Shown here piece by piece: positions 1 through 7,991 of a DNA stretch of 62,848 nucleotides; positions within the stretch are counted from its first letter, which is position 1; each line of letters starts with the position of its first letter. A program made the translations under genes and the position numbers. Source of the DNA: an uncultured Candidatus Saccharibacteria bacterium (GTDB lineage: Bacteria > Patescibacteriota > Minisyncoccia > Phycocordibacterales > UBA9973); the NCBI GenBank assembly GCA_964533145.1, contig CAZHLG010000001.1, forward strand, positions 1 to 62,848, read 5' to 3'. A model generated the notes under the pieces. That model was not told the origin of the DNA. It saw nothing but the letters and a program-made list of their open reading frames with translations, and ran no database searches.

Positions 1-1
1 T

Positions 2-325
2 GATGCGCCGTATTACATCATGGGTAAGGATGACGCAAAAAACACGGTTACGGTCGAGCAAAACGGCGGCGCGCGCGAAGAGAGCGCCGCCGCCTCTCGC
101 GCGATAGCGCTCGAGAACGCGACCTGGGTCGCCGAATCCCCGAAAGCAGGGAAGCGCTACGAGGCGCAGATCAGATACCATGGCGACTACCTCCCGTGCA
201 CGGTGCAGGCAGGACCCGGCAGTACGGCGATCGTCATCTTCGAAGAGTCTGTCCGTCCGGCATCGGGGCAGTCCGTGGTGCTGTACGATGGGGATATCTG
301 TCTCGGCGGCGGCATCGTCGGATGA
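2..325 (+). CDS. mnmA: tRNA 2-thiouridine synthase MnmA, C-terminal fragment (5' end outside window)
   Basis: The frame is open to the window edge. The C-terminal barrel pattern (..IRYHGDYLPCTV.., GQSVVLYDGDICLGGGIV) is typical of MnmA. Confidence 0.7.
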   Translation, partial: DAPYYIMGKDDAKNTVTVEQNGGAREESAAASRAIALENATWVAESPKAGKRYEAQIRYHGDYLPCTVQAGPGSTAIVIFEESVRPASGQSVVLYDGDICLGGGIVG

Positions 326-331
326 TACAAT
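326..331 (+). promoter_or_regulatory. -10 box TACAAT (TG at -15/-14), 6 nt before the ATG at 338; leaderless-type promoter
   Basis: Sequence reads tgaTACAATgtccgcATG. Confidence 0.5.
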
Positions 332-337
332 GTCCGC

Positions 338-832
338 ATGACTCATCTTGCCATCGACCCGACTTCGCTCGACGTACTCATCAAGCTCGGCGCAGCCATG
401 CTCTTCGGCGCCGTCGTCGGCACCGAGCGCAATATCTCGCATAAGGCTGCCGGTATGCGCACATACGCGCTTGTTTCGATGGGCGCGGCATTCTTCATGT
501 ATCTTGCCGAGATACTGACTCGCACGTACGTGATGGTCGGATATCAGGGAATCAGCTCGTTGCATGTCATGGCTGCCGTCGTCACCGGCATCGGCTTCAT
601 GGGCGCGGGCGTCATCATCTTCCGCGACAAGAGCGTCACGGGACTCACCACTGCTTCCGGTCTCTGGGTCGCTTCCGGCATCGGACTTGCGTGCGGACTC
701 GGATATTATGCGGCGGCATTCATTGCGACCCTACTGTCACTTTTTGTGTTCGAAGTGCTGTGGCATCTCGAGCAGCAGGTCAAGCGCGTCTCGTCTCGAT
801 CTCAGGATGGCGGGGGAGAGACCACCCCGTAA
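338..832 (+). CDS. mgtC: MgtC/SapB family membrane protein
   Basis: Carries the N-terminal MgtC signature (LFGAVVGTERNISHKAAGMRTYALVSMGAA) and is multi-TM. Confidence 0.85.
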   Translation: MTHLAIDPTSLDVLIKLGAAMLFGAVVGTERNISHKAAGMRTYALVSMGAAFFMYLAEILTRTYVMVGYQGISSLHVMAAVVTGIGFMGAGVIIFRDKSVTGLTTASGLWVASGIGLACGLGYYAAAFIATLLSLFVFEVLWHLEQQVKRVSSRSQDGGGETTP

Positions 833-865
833 GTTTTCCTCGTATGATTGAGGCAGCATATTGAC

Positions 866-895
866 AAAAGTCAGCATATATGTTGACTTTTTTTC
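866..895 (+). terminator. Intrinsic terminator after mgtC
   Basis: Hairpin aaaagtcagcat/atgttgactttt is followed by a T-run. Confidence 0.6.
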
Positions 896-911
896 TGCGG
901 GGGTGTACACT
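883..911 (+). promoter_or_regulatory. Sigma70-like promoter TTGACT-17-TACACT
   Basis: Hexamers lie at 883-888 and 906-911 with a 17-nt spacer. It points into the 896-1071 unit upstream of alaS. Confidence 0.45.
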
Positions 912-932
912 ATGAGCAAATACTGATCGTTT

Positions 933-1064
933 ATGATAGTTACACACATCACGCGCAACAAAAAGCGCTCACGCCGCGGGCGGGAAGGATTGTCCTGTCG
1001 CACAGCCAAGTATTTTTTCAAAAAAGACGACCCGCCTAACCCTGTCAAAAACGGAATCATGTAA
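933..1064 (+). other. Candidate 43-aa very basic micro-ORF (MIVTHITRNKKRSRRGREGLSCRTAKYFFKKDDPPNPVKNGIM) or small structured RNA
   Basis: It sits between the promoter at 883-911 and the strong terminator at 1072-1106. It falls below the ORF-track length cutoff, has no SD and matches no family I recognise. Confidence 0.25.
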
Positions 1065-1071
1065 CATACTC

Positions 1072-1106
1072 GCGCTGCCGACTCGTTCGGCAGCGCTTCT
1101 TTTTTT
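1072..1106 (+). terminator. Strong intrinsic terminator 28 nt upstream of the alaS ATG
   Basis: A 10-bp stem gcgctgccga/tcggcagcgc with a 5-nt loop is followed by ttcttttttt. Confidence 0.8.
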
Positions 1107-1119
1107 GCAGCGCTTTTGC

Positions 1120-1125
1120 TAGTAT
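1120..1125 (+). promoter_or_regulatory. Extended -10 (TGcTAGTAT), 8 nt before the alaS ATG
   Basis: Sequence reads ttTGcTAGTATtgccgcatATG. Confidence 0.45.
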
Positions 1126-1133
1126 TGCCGCAT

Positions 1134-2882
1134 ATGCAGTCAGCAGAAATCCGTCGCCGTTTCCTTGCGTTCTTCGAGAAGCGCGGCCATGCCGTGATCC
1201 CGTCCGCGCCGCTTGTCCCGCAGAACGACCCCTCGGTGCTTTTCAACACGGCCGGCATGCAGCCGCTGGTCCCGTATCTGCTCGGCGAGAAGCATCCGTC
1301 CGGAGCATTGCTCGCCGACGTGCAGAAGTGCGTCCGTACCGGCGACCTTGAGGATATCGGCGATAACCGCCACTTCTCATTTTTCGAAATGCTCGGGAAC
1401 TGGTCGCTCGGAGCCTACTTCAAAGAAGAAGCGATCTCGTGGAGCTATGAGTTCCTCACCTCGAAAGACGAAGGTCTTGGTCTCGATCCGTCGCGCCTGT
1501 ATTTCACCATTTTTGAAGGCGACGAGAATGCGCCGTTCGATCAGGAGTCCAAAGACATCTGGATGAGCCGCGGCGTTCCGGAACAGCGCATCTATGCGCT
1601 TCCGGCAGACGACAACTGGTGGAGTCCGGGAGACAACGGTCCGTGCGGCCCGTGCACGGAAATGTTCTACGACATGGACGGCACTGTCGGCGATTTGCCG
1701 ACGGCCGAAGCGTTCCTGCAGGCGGTCAAAGAAGAGCGCGTCATCGAGATCTGGAACGATGTCTTCATGGAGTACGAGAAACAGGCCGGCGCCGTTGTTG
1801 GCAAGCTTTCGCAGAAGAACGTCGATACCGGCGCCGGCCTTGAGCGCATCACTGCCGTCATGCAGGGCGTGCAGACCGCCTACGACACGGATATTTTCGC
1901 AGACGTGATGGCGTTCATCAGAGACAAAGCCAAGGACTGGCAGCTCGAAAAGGCCCGCGTGATCGCCGATCACATGCGCACGGCCTTGATGATGACCGCC
2001 GACGGCGTGCTTCCTTCAAACAAGGACCGCGGCTACATTCTTCGCCGCCTGCTTCGCCGTTCGGGCACACGCGCGCAGCAGATGGGGCTGACGACGGCGG
2101 ATCTGCTGCATGTCGTCGCGTTGTTCCGTCAGAAATACGCAGTCGCATACCCCGAAGTCTCGGCGGTCAGTACGAACGACGACGGTTCGATCGCGGTCGA
2201 ATTGCGCAAGTTCAACCAGACCCTTACCGACGGACTCAAGGAATTCGAGAAAGGCACTGATCCCTTCATTCTTGCGACGACATACGGATTCCCGGTCGAG
2301 CTCACGCTCGAGCTTGCCAAAGAGCACGGCCAGACCGTTGATCTCGCGGACTTTTACGCAAAAATGGAAGCGCATCAGAACCTCTCGCGGACGGCGAGCG
2401 CAGGCATGTTCAAGGGCGGTCTCGCCAATCACAACGAGAAAACGGTGCAGTTGCATACGGCGCACCATCTGCTTCTGGCTGCCCTCCAGGAAGTGCTCGG
2501 TCCGTCGGTCAAACAGCGCGGTTCGAACATCACGGAAGAGCGCCTGCGCATGGACTTTGCGTTCGAACGCAAAATGACCGACGATGAGAAGGCGCGCGTC
2601 GAAGAAATCGTCAACAAAGAGATCGAGTCGGGCCTCTCCGTCATACGCCGCGAAATGCCGCGCGAAGAAGCCGAGCGCATCGGCGCCGAGATGGAATTCG
2701 GGGCAAAATACCCCGATACCGTTTCCGTGTACTTCATCGAGGATGCGGCAGGCAATGCTGTTTCCAAAGAATTCTGCGGCGGTCCGCATGTCGAAAACAC
2801 GCGCGAGCTCGGCCGTTTCAAGATCCAAAAAGAAGAGGCTTCGTCCCAGGGCGTGCGCCGCATCAAGGCTGTGCTGGAATAG
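1134..2882 (+). CDS. alaS: Alanine--tRNA ligase, compact form (582 aa)
   Basis: Shows class II AlaRS motifs (FNTAGMQP, FFEMLGNWS, DTGAGLERI, SNKDRGYILRRLLRR) and the editing-core motifs HTAHHLL and CGGPHV. The start is moved to ATG 1134 (MQSAEIRRRF). Confidence 0.95.
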   Translation: MQSAEIRRRFLAFFEKRGHAVIPSAPLVPQNDPSVLFNTAGMQPLVPYLLGEKHPSGALLADVQKCVRTGDLEDIGDNRHFSFFEMLGNWSLGAYFKEEAISWSYEFLTSKDEGLGLDPSRLYFTIFEGDENAPFDQESKDIWMSRGVPEQRIYALPADDNWWSPGDNGPCGPCTEMFYDMDGTVGDLPTAEAFLQAVKEERVIEIWNDVFMEYEKQAGAVVGKLSQKNVDTGAGLERITAVMQGVQTAYDTDIFADVMAFIRDKAKDWQLEKARVIADHMRTALMMTADGVLPSNKDRGYILRRLLRRSGTRAQQMGLTTADLLHVVALFRQKYAVAYPEVSAVSTNDDGSIAVELRKFNQTLTDGLKEFEKGTDPFILATTYGFPVELTLELAKEHGQTVDLADFYAKMEAHQNLSRTASAGMFKGGLANHNEKTVQLHTAHHLLLAALQEVLGPSVKQRGSNITEERLRMDFAFERKMTDDEKARVEEIVNKEIESGLSVIRREMPREEAERIGAEMEFGAKYPDTVSVYFIEDAAGNAVSKEFCGGPHVENTRELGRFKIQKEEASSQGVRRIKAVLE

Positions 2883-2897
2883 CATACCGACGGATTA

Positions 2898-2940
2898 TTG
2901 ACAAAATGTTTGCATAATTGTAGTTTTTACAAAACTACAA
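2898..2940 (+). promoter_or_regulatory. Promoter-like TTGACA-17-TAGTTT overlapped by a perfect 10-bp inverted repeat
   Basis: The inverted repeat TTGTAGTTTT-tac-AAAACTACAA spans 2918-2940 and ends 2 nt before the ATG at 2943. Confidence 0.45.
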
Positions 2941-2942
2941 TT

Positions 2943-3392
2943 ATGAGCTTTTCGTACATTGATTTTCTTAAAGTAAAAATGATCTTGCGCGCACTCGCGA
3001 AGGAACTCAAGGAACCGGCATTCAGTCATGTATCACTTGAAGTTGACTGCATTGATGAAGACGAGCGGAATTCCTCATGTCTCACTGCGTTACATTTGGC
3101 AACTGAAGTTTGTTTTGACAGTCCGCCATTATTTGCGCTTGTCTCCGCCCGTGTCATGGTCAAGGGTATAGATGAGCCTATTATCTTGTTCCGGATGGGC
3201 AATACGCATTGCGACATGTCGTCGTCGGCCAAAGATACGTTATCGGCTGCCTACCGAGAGTTCTTTGATTACCCATTGTTCGAGGTTAATAAGCGGGGCT
3301 CTGACGGTAAGTGGACCGCGGTTTTAGCTGAGTTTATAAAAAGAACTAAATCCATCGCGACAAATCAGGAGTTGGCAGGACGAAGCGCGTAG
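2943..3392 (+). CDS. Hypothetical protein (149 aa), orphan, AT-richer than its neighbours
   Basis: First ATG of track ORF 2898..3392. It has no recognisable motif and is flanked by its own promoter-like signal and terminator. Confidence 0.6.
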   Translation: MSFSYIDFLKVKMILRALAKELKEPAFSHVSLEVDCIDEDERNSSCLTALHLATEVCFDSPPLFALVSARVMVKGIDEPIILFRMGNTHCDMSSSAKDTLSAAYREFFDYPLFEVNKRGSDGKWTAVLAEFIKRTKSIATNQELAGRSA

Positions 3393-3398
3393 CGATAC

Positions 3399-3432
3399 AG
3401 ACGGAAACCGTAGGAGGTTTCCGTCTTTTTTT
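3399..3432 (+). terminator. Intrinsic terminator
   Basis: Hairpin gacggaaacc-gtagga-ggtttccgtc is followed by ttttttt. Confidence 0.8.
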
Positions 3433-3458
3433 GCACATAGAAACGATCTCGTATCATG

Positions 3459-3464
3459 TATACT
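3459..3464 (+). promoter_or_regulatory. -10 box TATACT, 6 nt before the ATG at 3471
   Basis: Sequence reads tgTATACTgtacgcATG. Confidence 0.5.
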
Positions 3465-3470
3465 GTACGC

Positions 3471-4634
3471 ATGAGTTTTTTCTCGTCCTTCGGCAAAAAA
3501 TCCGCGCATGAGCGCGTACTCGTGCTGCATGTCGGCAGCGCCAGTGTTGCAGGCGCAGTTGCCGTATATGCCGGCGCTGTCACGAAGCCGCGCATTGAAA
3601 CCGCCGTACGCTCCGATATCGCTCTCGCTCCCGAGGTTTCGCATGAGGCTGTCGAAGCTGAGATGCGCCGCGCCCTCGAGCGCACGCTTGCCGGACTGTC
3701 TTCGATGCGCCTTGATGCGCCGGACCGCATTGTCGTATATCTGGCATCGCCATGGTTCGCTTCGCAGGTCCGCACCGCCCGCCTTGAACGACCGGCGCCG
3801 TTCGTCGTTTCTGAGTCGCTCGTGACGGACATGATCGCCCGGGAATTCCATGCATTCGAAGGGGAAGAGATCGCCGCTTCGCGCGATGCCGGCGCTCCGC
3901 TCCGCGCGATAGAATCGAAGGTCCTTTCCGCAAAACTCAACGGGTACGTCACCGCAAGTCCGATCGGCGCATCGGCCCGCGAGTTGGAGCTGTCTCTCTT
4001 CGTCTCGGTCGCGCCGGACATGCTGCTTTCCGATATCGAGCATGTCATCGAGCGTCATTTCAAGAAACCCGTCCGCTTCGGATCGTTCCTGCTCGCATCG
4101 TTCCTTGCTGCGCGCGATCTGTTTCCTCACGAGGAGCAGTACATCCTTGCCGACGTCGGCGGGGAAGTCACGGAAGCGGCCGTGATCCGTGACCACGCCA
4201 TCGTTGCGTCTGCGTCGTTTCCGATGGGCCGCAATTTTCTGCTGCGTTCCATCGCGTCGGGTACTGGCCGGGGGCTGCGCGAAGCGGCGAGCCTGTGCTT
4301 GCTTCACGGGGAGAATGCTCTTTCCGGCCCGGTCAAGGACACCTGCGAAGCTATTCTCGGAGAAGCGGACCACGCATGGCGTGACTCATTCCGCGAGGCA
4401 GTCTTTCGGATGAGCGGCGGCGCGGCTGCTCCGGATGCAGTTCTGCTCACGGGCGAGGACGATGTGCTTGCGCGGTTTGCCGAGGCGGCACAAACGCTCA
4501 TTCCCGGGCGCACCCTGCGCACTGTACCGCTTTCTGCCGCGGTATTCCACGAAAAAATCGAATTCGGTGCGGACGTTCCGCGCCTGCCGTGTATAATGAT
4601 AGAGACGCTCGCCGCAGAGCGCGCGAAGCATTAA
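3471..4634 (+). CDS. Actin-fold ATPase, FtsA/PilM-like
   Basis: Phosphate-1-like LVLHVGSASVAG and phosphate-2-like ILADVGGEVTEAAV motifs. The start is placed at ATG 3471, in frame with track ORF 3456. Confidence 0.6.
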   Translation: MSFFSSFGKKSAHERVLVLHVGSASVAGAVAVYAGAVTKPRIETAVRSDIALAPEVSHEAVEAEMRRALERTLAGLSSMRLDAPDRIVVYLASPWFASQVRTARLERPAPFVVSESLVTDMIAREFHAFEGEEIAASRDAGAPLRAIESKVLSAKLNGYVTASPIGASARELELSLFVSVAPDMLLSDIEHVIERHFKKPVRFGSFLLASFLAARDLFPHEEQYILADVGGEVTEAAVIRDHAIVASASFPMGRNFLLRSIASGTGRGLREAASLCLLHGENALSGPVKDTCEAILGEADHAWRDSFREAVFRMSGGAAAPDAVLLTGEDDVLARFAEAAQTLIPGRTLRTVPLSAAVFHEKIEFGADVPRLPCIMIETLAAERAKH

Positions 4635-4652
4635 TGCCTAATCGCAACACCC

Positions 4653-5942
4653 ATGCCGAGAAAAAACATGCTCGAAGACATCAAGCCGATCACTAAGCGC
4701 TCACAGCGCAATCTTGCCGAGCGCCTCGAAAAACAGCCCGTGAAAAAGACGCTCCCGCCGCTGCCGCGCGAGGTGCCGTTTGAACCGTCCGAACCGAGAC
4801 ATGCAGGCAGGCACGGCTTGTGGTGGATCGCCGGCGTGTGCCTCGTCGCGCTGCTTTTCTCATTGTCGTTCCTTTTTGAGCGCGCGACTGTCCGCATCAC
4901 GCCCAAATCACTCCCCGTGGCTTTCGATGCGGGTGACACGTTCACTGCGGCCAAAGACAGCACGGACGAAGGCGTCATCGTATACACCGTCATGACGCTT
5001 TCCGGGGACGAATCCATGAAGTTGCCGTCCACGTCGTCAAAACAGCAGTCTATTCCGGCGACTGGCCGTGTCATTTTGTATAACGCATACGGGACCGCGC
5101 CGTACAAGCTCGTTAAGAACACCCGCCTTGCCGCTCCGGACGGAAAGATCTTCCGCCTTGATTCGGCGGTGACGATACCGGGCTATACGAAGTCCGGCGG
5201 CACCATCGTGCCAGGATCGGTCCAGGTTGCGGTGACGGCCGCCGAGCCGGGCGATGCGTACAACATCGGACCGAGCGATTTCATGGTGCCGGGACTTTCA
5301 GGCACGCCGCAGTACTCAAAGATATACGCCCGCTCGGCCGATGCGATGAAGGGCGGTATGACCGGACTTGTATACTCCATTCCGCAGGATGCCGCCAACG
5401 CGGCGCTTGGGACGCTGCGTGAGAAGCTCAAGACCTCGCTCTATCAGAAGGCGCAGGTGCAGGTTCCGAACGGCTACGTGTTTTATGAAGGAGCGACTGT
5501 GTTCAAGACGGAGGACGCAGTGCAGGTCCCGTATTCGCTCACGGCCGAAGTCCCGATCGCGCTCCACGGCACGCTGACCGCATATCTTCTCAAGGAAGAC
5601 ACGCTTGTCGCGGCGATCGCCGACAAGGAAATAAGCCAGGACGACGGCGAGCCGGTTACGATCCCGGACATTGAATCACTGGCGATCGTTCCGGCCGGAA
5701 CGATCGCTCCCGGAAGCGATGCCACATTCTCGTTCACCGTGTCCGGATCGGCAAAAATCGTATGGGTCGTCGACACCGAACTGGTGCAAAAAGCCCTTGC
5801 AGGAGCCAAAAAATCCCTCTTTTCACAGGTCCTCGCCGAGGTTCGCGGCGTCGACCAGGCCGAGATGGTCCTGAAGCCTTTTTGGAAGCGCTCGTTCCCC
5901 AAAGACCCGGCCCGGATAACCGTCGAGGCCGTTGCCCCTTAA
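4653..5942 (+). CDS. Membrane-anchored hypothetical protein (429 aa) with a large extracytoplasmic domain
   Basis: Has one N-terminal TM ([21 protein letters not shown]) and sensible composition. I recall a possible CPR 'baseplate J-like' family but cannot verify it. Confidence 0.7.
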   Translation: MPRKNMLEDIKPITKRSQRNLAERLEKQPVKKTLPPLPREVPFEPSEPRHAGRHGLWWIAGVCLVALLFSLSFLFERATVRITPKSLPVAFDAGDTFTAAKDSTDEGVIVYTVMTLSGDESMKLPSTSSKQQSIPATGRVILYNAYGTAPYKLVKNTRLAAPDGKIFRLDSAVTIPGYTKSGGTIVPGSVQVAVTAAEPGDAYNIGPSDFMVPGLSGTPQYSKIYARSADAMKGGMTGLVYSIPQDAANAALGTLREKLKTSLYQKAQVQVPNGYVFYEGATVFKTEDAVQVPYSLTAEVPIALHGTLTAYLLKEDTLVAAIADKEISQDDGEPVTIPDIESLAIVPAGTIAPGSDATFSFTVSGSAKIVWVVDTELVQKALAGAKKSLFSQVLAEVRGVDQAEMVLKPFWKRSFPKDPARITVEAVAP

Positions 5943-6003
5943 TACCCAGGTGTCAAGCTTGACCGCCGGCCGGTTATTTGTTAATCTGCTATGTACCTGT
6001 CAC

Positions 6004-6219
6004 ATGGGTAATCCAAACGATGAAAAACCGGTGTCTGGGGTCGTCGCTGAGACGCTCCCGAACCTCACTTTCAAGGTGGAGCTTGATGGCGGCGAAACGA
6101 CTCTCGCGTACTTGAGCGGGAAGATGCGCCTCCACAGGATCAAGGTTTTGGTCGGCGACAAGGTTGAGCTTGTCCTGTCTCCGGACGGGGGACGAGGCCG
6201 GATCACCCGGCGTTTCTAA
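6004..6219 (+). CDS. infA: Translation initiation factor IF-1
   Basis: S1-like IF-1 sequence ([40 protein letters not shown]). Start is ATG 6004 inside track ORF 5932. Confidence 0.93.
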   Translation: MGNPNDEKPVSGVVAETLPNLTFKVELDGGETTLAYLSGKMRLHRIKVLVGDKVELVLSPDGGRGRITRRF

Positions 6220-6308
6220 GCAATATACGGAAGCGAGCGGCCGAGAGCGGCTGTTCCGCATTCGTTTGCTTCATGGGGAGATTTCAATAACCTAACCAGT
6301 CATCTATT

Positions 6309-6419
6309 ATGAAAGTACGAGCCCGAGTCAAGAAGATGTGCGCGAAATGCAAGATGGTCCGGCGCGACCGCCATCTGCGCATCATCTGCGAGAACCCGAA
6401 GCACAAGCAGAAGCAGTAA
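6309..6419 (+). CDS. rpmJ: 50S ribosomal protein L36
   Basis: Hand-translated as [36 protein letters not shown]. It is absent from the ORF track (<60 aa) and sits in the canonical infA-rpmJ-rpsM position. Confidence 0.93.
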   Translation: MKVRARVKKMCAKCKMVRRDRHLRIICENPKHKQKQ

Positions 6420-6440
6420 TTATCAGGAAGACTATCCATC

Positions 6441-6821
6441 ATGCGTATTTCAGGCATCACAATCCCAGACAACAAGCGTCTTGAGTTCGGCCTCACCGCC
6501 ATTTATGGCATCGGTCGCGCCAGCGCCGTGAAGATCATCGCCGAGGCCGGCGTCTCCGCCGACAAGAAGGCCGCAGAAATCTCCGCAGACGAGGAGAACG
6601 CGATCCGTAAGATCATCGAAGGCATGAAGACCGAAGGCACGCTCAAGCGCGAGATCGCCGCGAACGTGAAGCGCCTCAAGGACATCAAGGCGTACCGCGG
6701 CAACCGCCACGCACGCAAGCTTCCGACCAAGGGTCAGCGCACCAAGACCAACTCCCGCACCGTCCGCGGCAACGTCCGCAAGACCATGGGCAGCGGTAAG
6801 CGCAAGCTCGAAAAGACCTAA
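6441..6821 (+). CDS. rpsM: 30S ribosomal protein S13
   Basis: Sequence begins MRISGITIPDNKRLEFGLTAIYGIGRA. Confidence 0.97.
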   Translation: MRISGITIPDNKRLEFGLTAIYGIGRASAVKIIAEAGVSADKKAAEISADEENAIRKIIEGMKTEGTLKREIAANVKRLKDIKAYRGNRHARKLPTKGQRTKTNSRTVRGNVRKTMGSGKRKLEKT

Positions 6822-6850
6822 GACTTTATTGAACTAATCCAAGCATCATC

Positions 6851-7291
6851 GTGGCTAAGAAAACTACAGCAACTGAAGAGGGTACGGAGATCAAGGCTGA
6901 GGGCGCCGCCCCGGCTGCGTCTTCGGCACGCACCCCGAAGAAGAAGCTCATCGCCGGAACGCTCCATGTCGAAGCGACCTTCAACAATACGAAAGTCGTC
7001 TTTTCGGACAAGACCGGAGCGACCCTCTTCTGGAGCTCTGCAGGCAGCCTCGGATTCAAGGGCGCCAAGAAGGGCACGCCATTCGCGGCATCCAAGGTGG
7101 GCGAGGTCATCGGCGAAAAGGCCGCAGCCCTCGGCATCAAGGAGGCGGACGTCATCGTCAAGGGCGTCGGATCCGGCCGCGAGCCTGCGATCCGCGGCTT
7201 CATGTCTCTTGGCATGGAGATCACCGGCATCAAGGACGCTACGCCGGTCCCGCACAACGGCCCGAAGCCGAAGAAGCCTCGCCGCGTATAA
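6851..7291 (+). CDS. rpsK: 30S ribosomal protein S11
   Basis: Motifs GTLHVEATFNNTKVVFSD.., GSGREPAIRG; GTG start. Confidence 0.96.
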   Translation: MAKKTTATEEGTEIKAEGAAPAASSARTPKKKLIAGTLHVEATFNNTKVVFSDKTGATLFWSSAGSLGFKGAKKGTPFAASKVGEVIGEKAAALGIKEADVIVKGVGSGREPAIRGFMSLGMEITGIKDATPVPHNGPKPKKPRRV

Positions 7292-7331
7292 TTTTTATCA
7301 TCGGTTTTAGCCATTCATCTCGATCACGCAT

Positions 7332-7943
7332 ATGCAGATAGGTCCCAAATACAAGATCGCCCGCCGCCTCGGAGCTGCCGTCTTCGAAAAGACACAGACG
7401 CAGAAGTTCCAGCTTTCCGAAGCACGTCACGCCCGCAAGAAGAGCGACAAGCGCCCGAAGGCTCCTTCGGATTTCGGCTTGCAGCTCATCGAAAAGCAGC
7501 GCGTGCGCTTTTCCTATGGCATCACGGAAAAGCAGCTCGTGAAGTACGTGCAGAAGGCGACCGAGACGCATGGCGTGAACCCGTCCGAGAAGCTCTTCGG
7601 CTTGCTTGAGACCCGTCTCGACAACGTCGTGTACCGCCTCGGCCTCGCTCATACCCGCCGCCTCGCCCGCCAGATGGTCTCGCACGGTCATTTCACCGTG
7701 AACGGCACCCGCACGACGGTCCCGTCGTACACGGTCAAGCCGGGCGACGTCATCTCTGTCCGCGAAGGCTCCAAGAAGAGCGTCATGTTCGCCGACCTTT
7801 CCAAGAAGCTCCAGAATTATTCCGTTCCGAAGTGGCTCAAGCTCGATGTCGAAAAGATGTCGGCGACGGTCGAAGGCGCTCCGGCGCTCGAGACCGGCGG
7901 CTTCGTGAACCTCAATACCGTCTTCGAGTACTACAGCCGCTAA
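7332..7943 (+). CDS. rpsD: 30S ribosomal protein S4
   Basis: Motifs YGITEKQL, LETRLDNVVYRLGLAHTRRLARQMVSHGHFTVNG. Confidence 0.97.
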   Translation: MQIGPKYKIARRLGAAVFEKTQTQKFQLSEARHARKKSDKRPKAPSDFGLQLIEKQRVRFSYGITEKQLVKYVQKATETHGVNPSEKLFGLLETRLDNVVYRLGLAHTRRLARQMVSHGHFTVNGTRTTVPSYTVKPGDVISVREGSKKSVMFADLSKKLQNYSVPKWLKLDVEKMSATVEGAPALETGGFVNLNTVFEYYSR

Positions 7944-7991
7944 GGCACCTTTCATTAGCGTACGCATTATCAATTATTTAATTCGCATACT

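Noticed and set aside
955-1015. SRP (4.5S) RNA in the alaS-upstream unit (GGGAAGGA ... ACAGCCAAG resembles GGAAGGAAGCAGCCAAGG).
   Set aside because: The 5' strand, GNRA tetraloop and symmetric/asymmetric loop arrangement of SRP helix 8 cannot be drawn. The similarity is limited to a few nucleotides.
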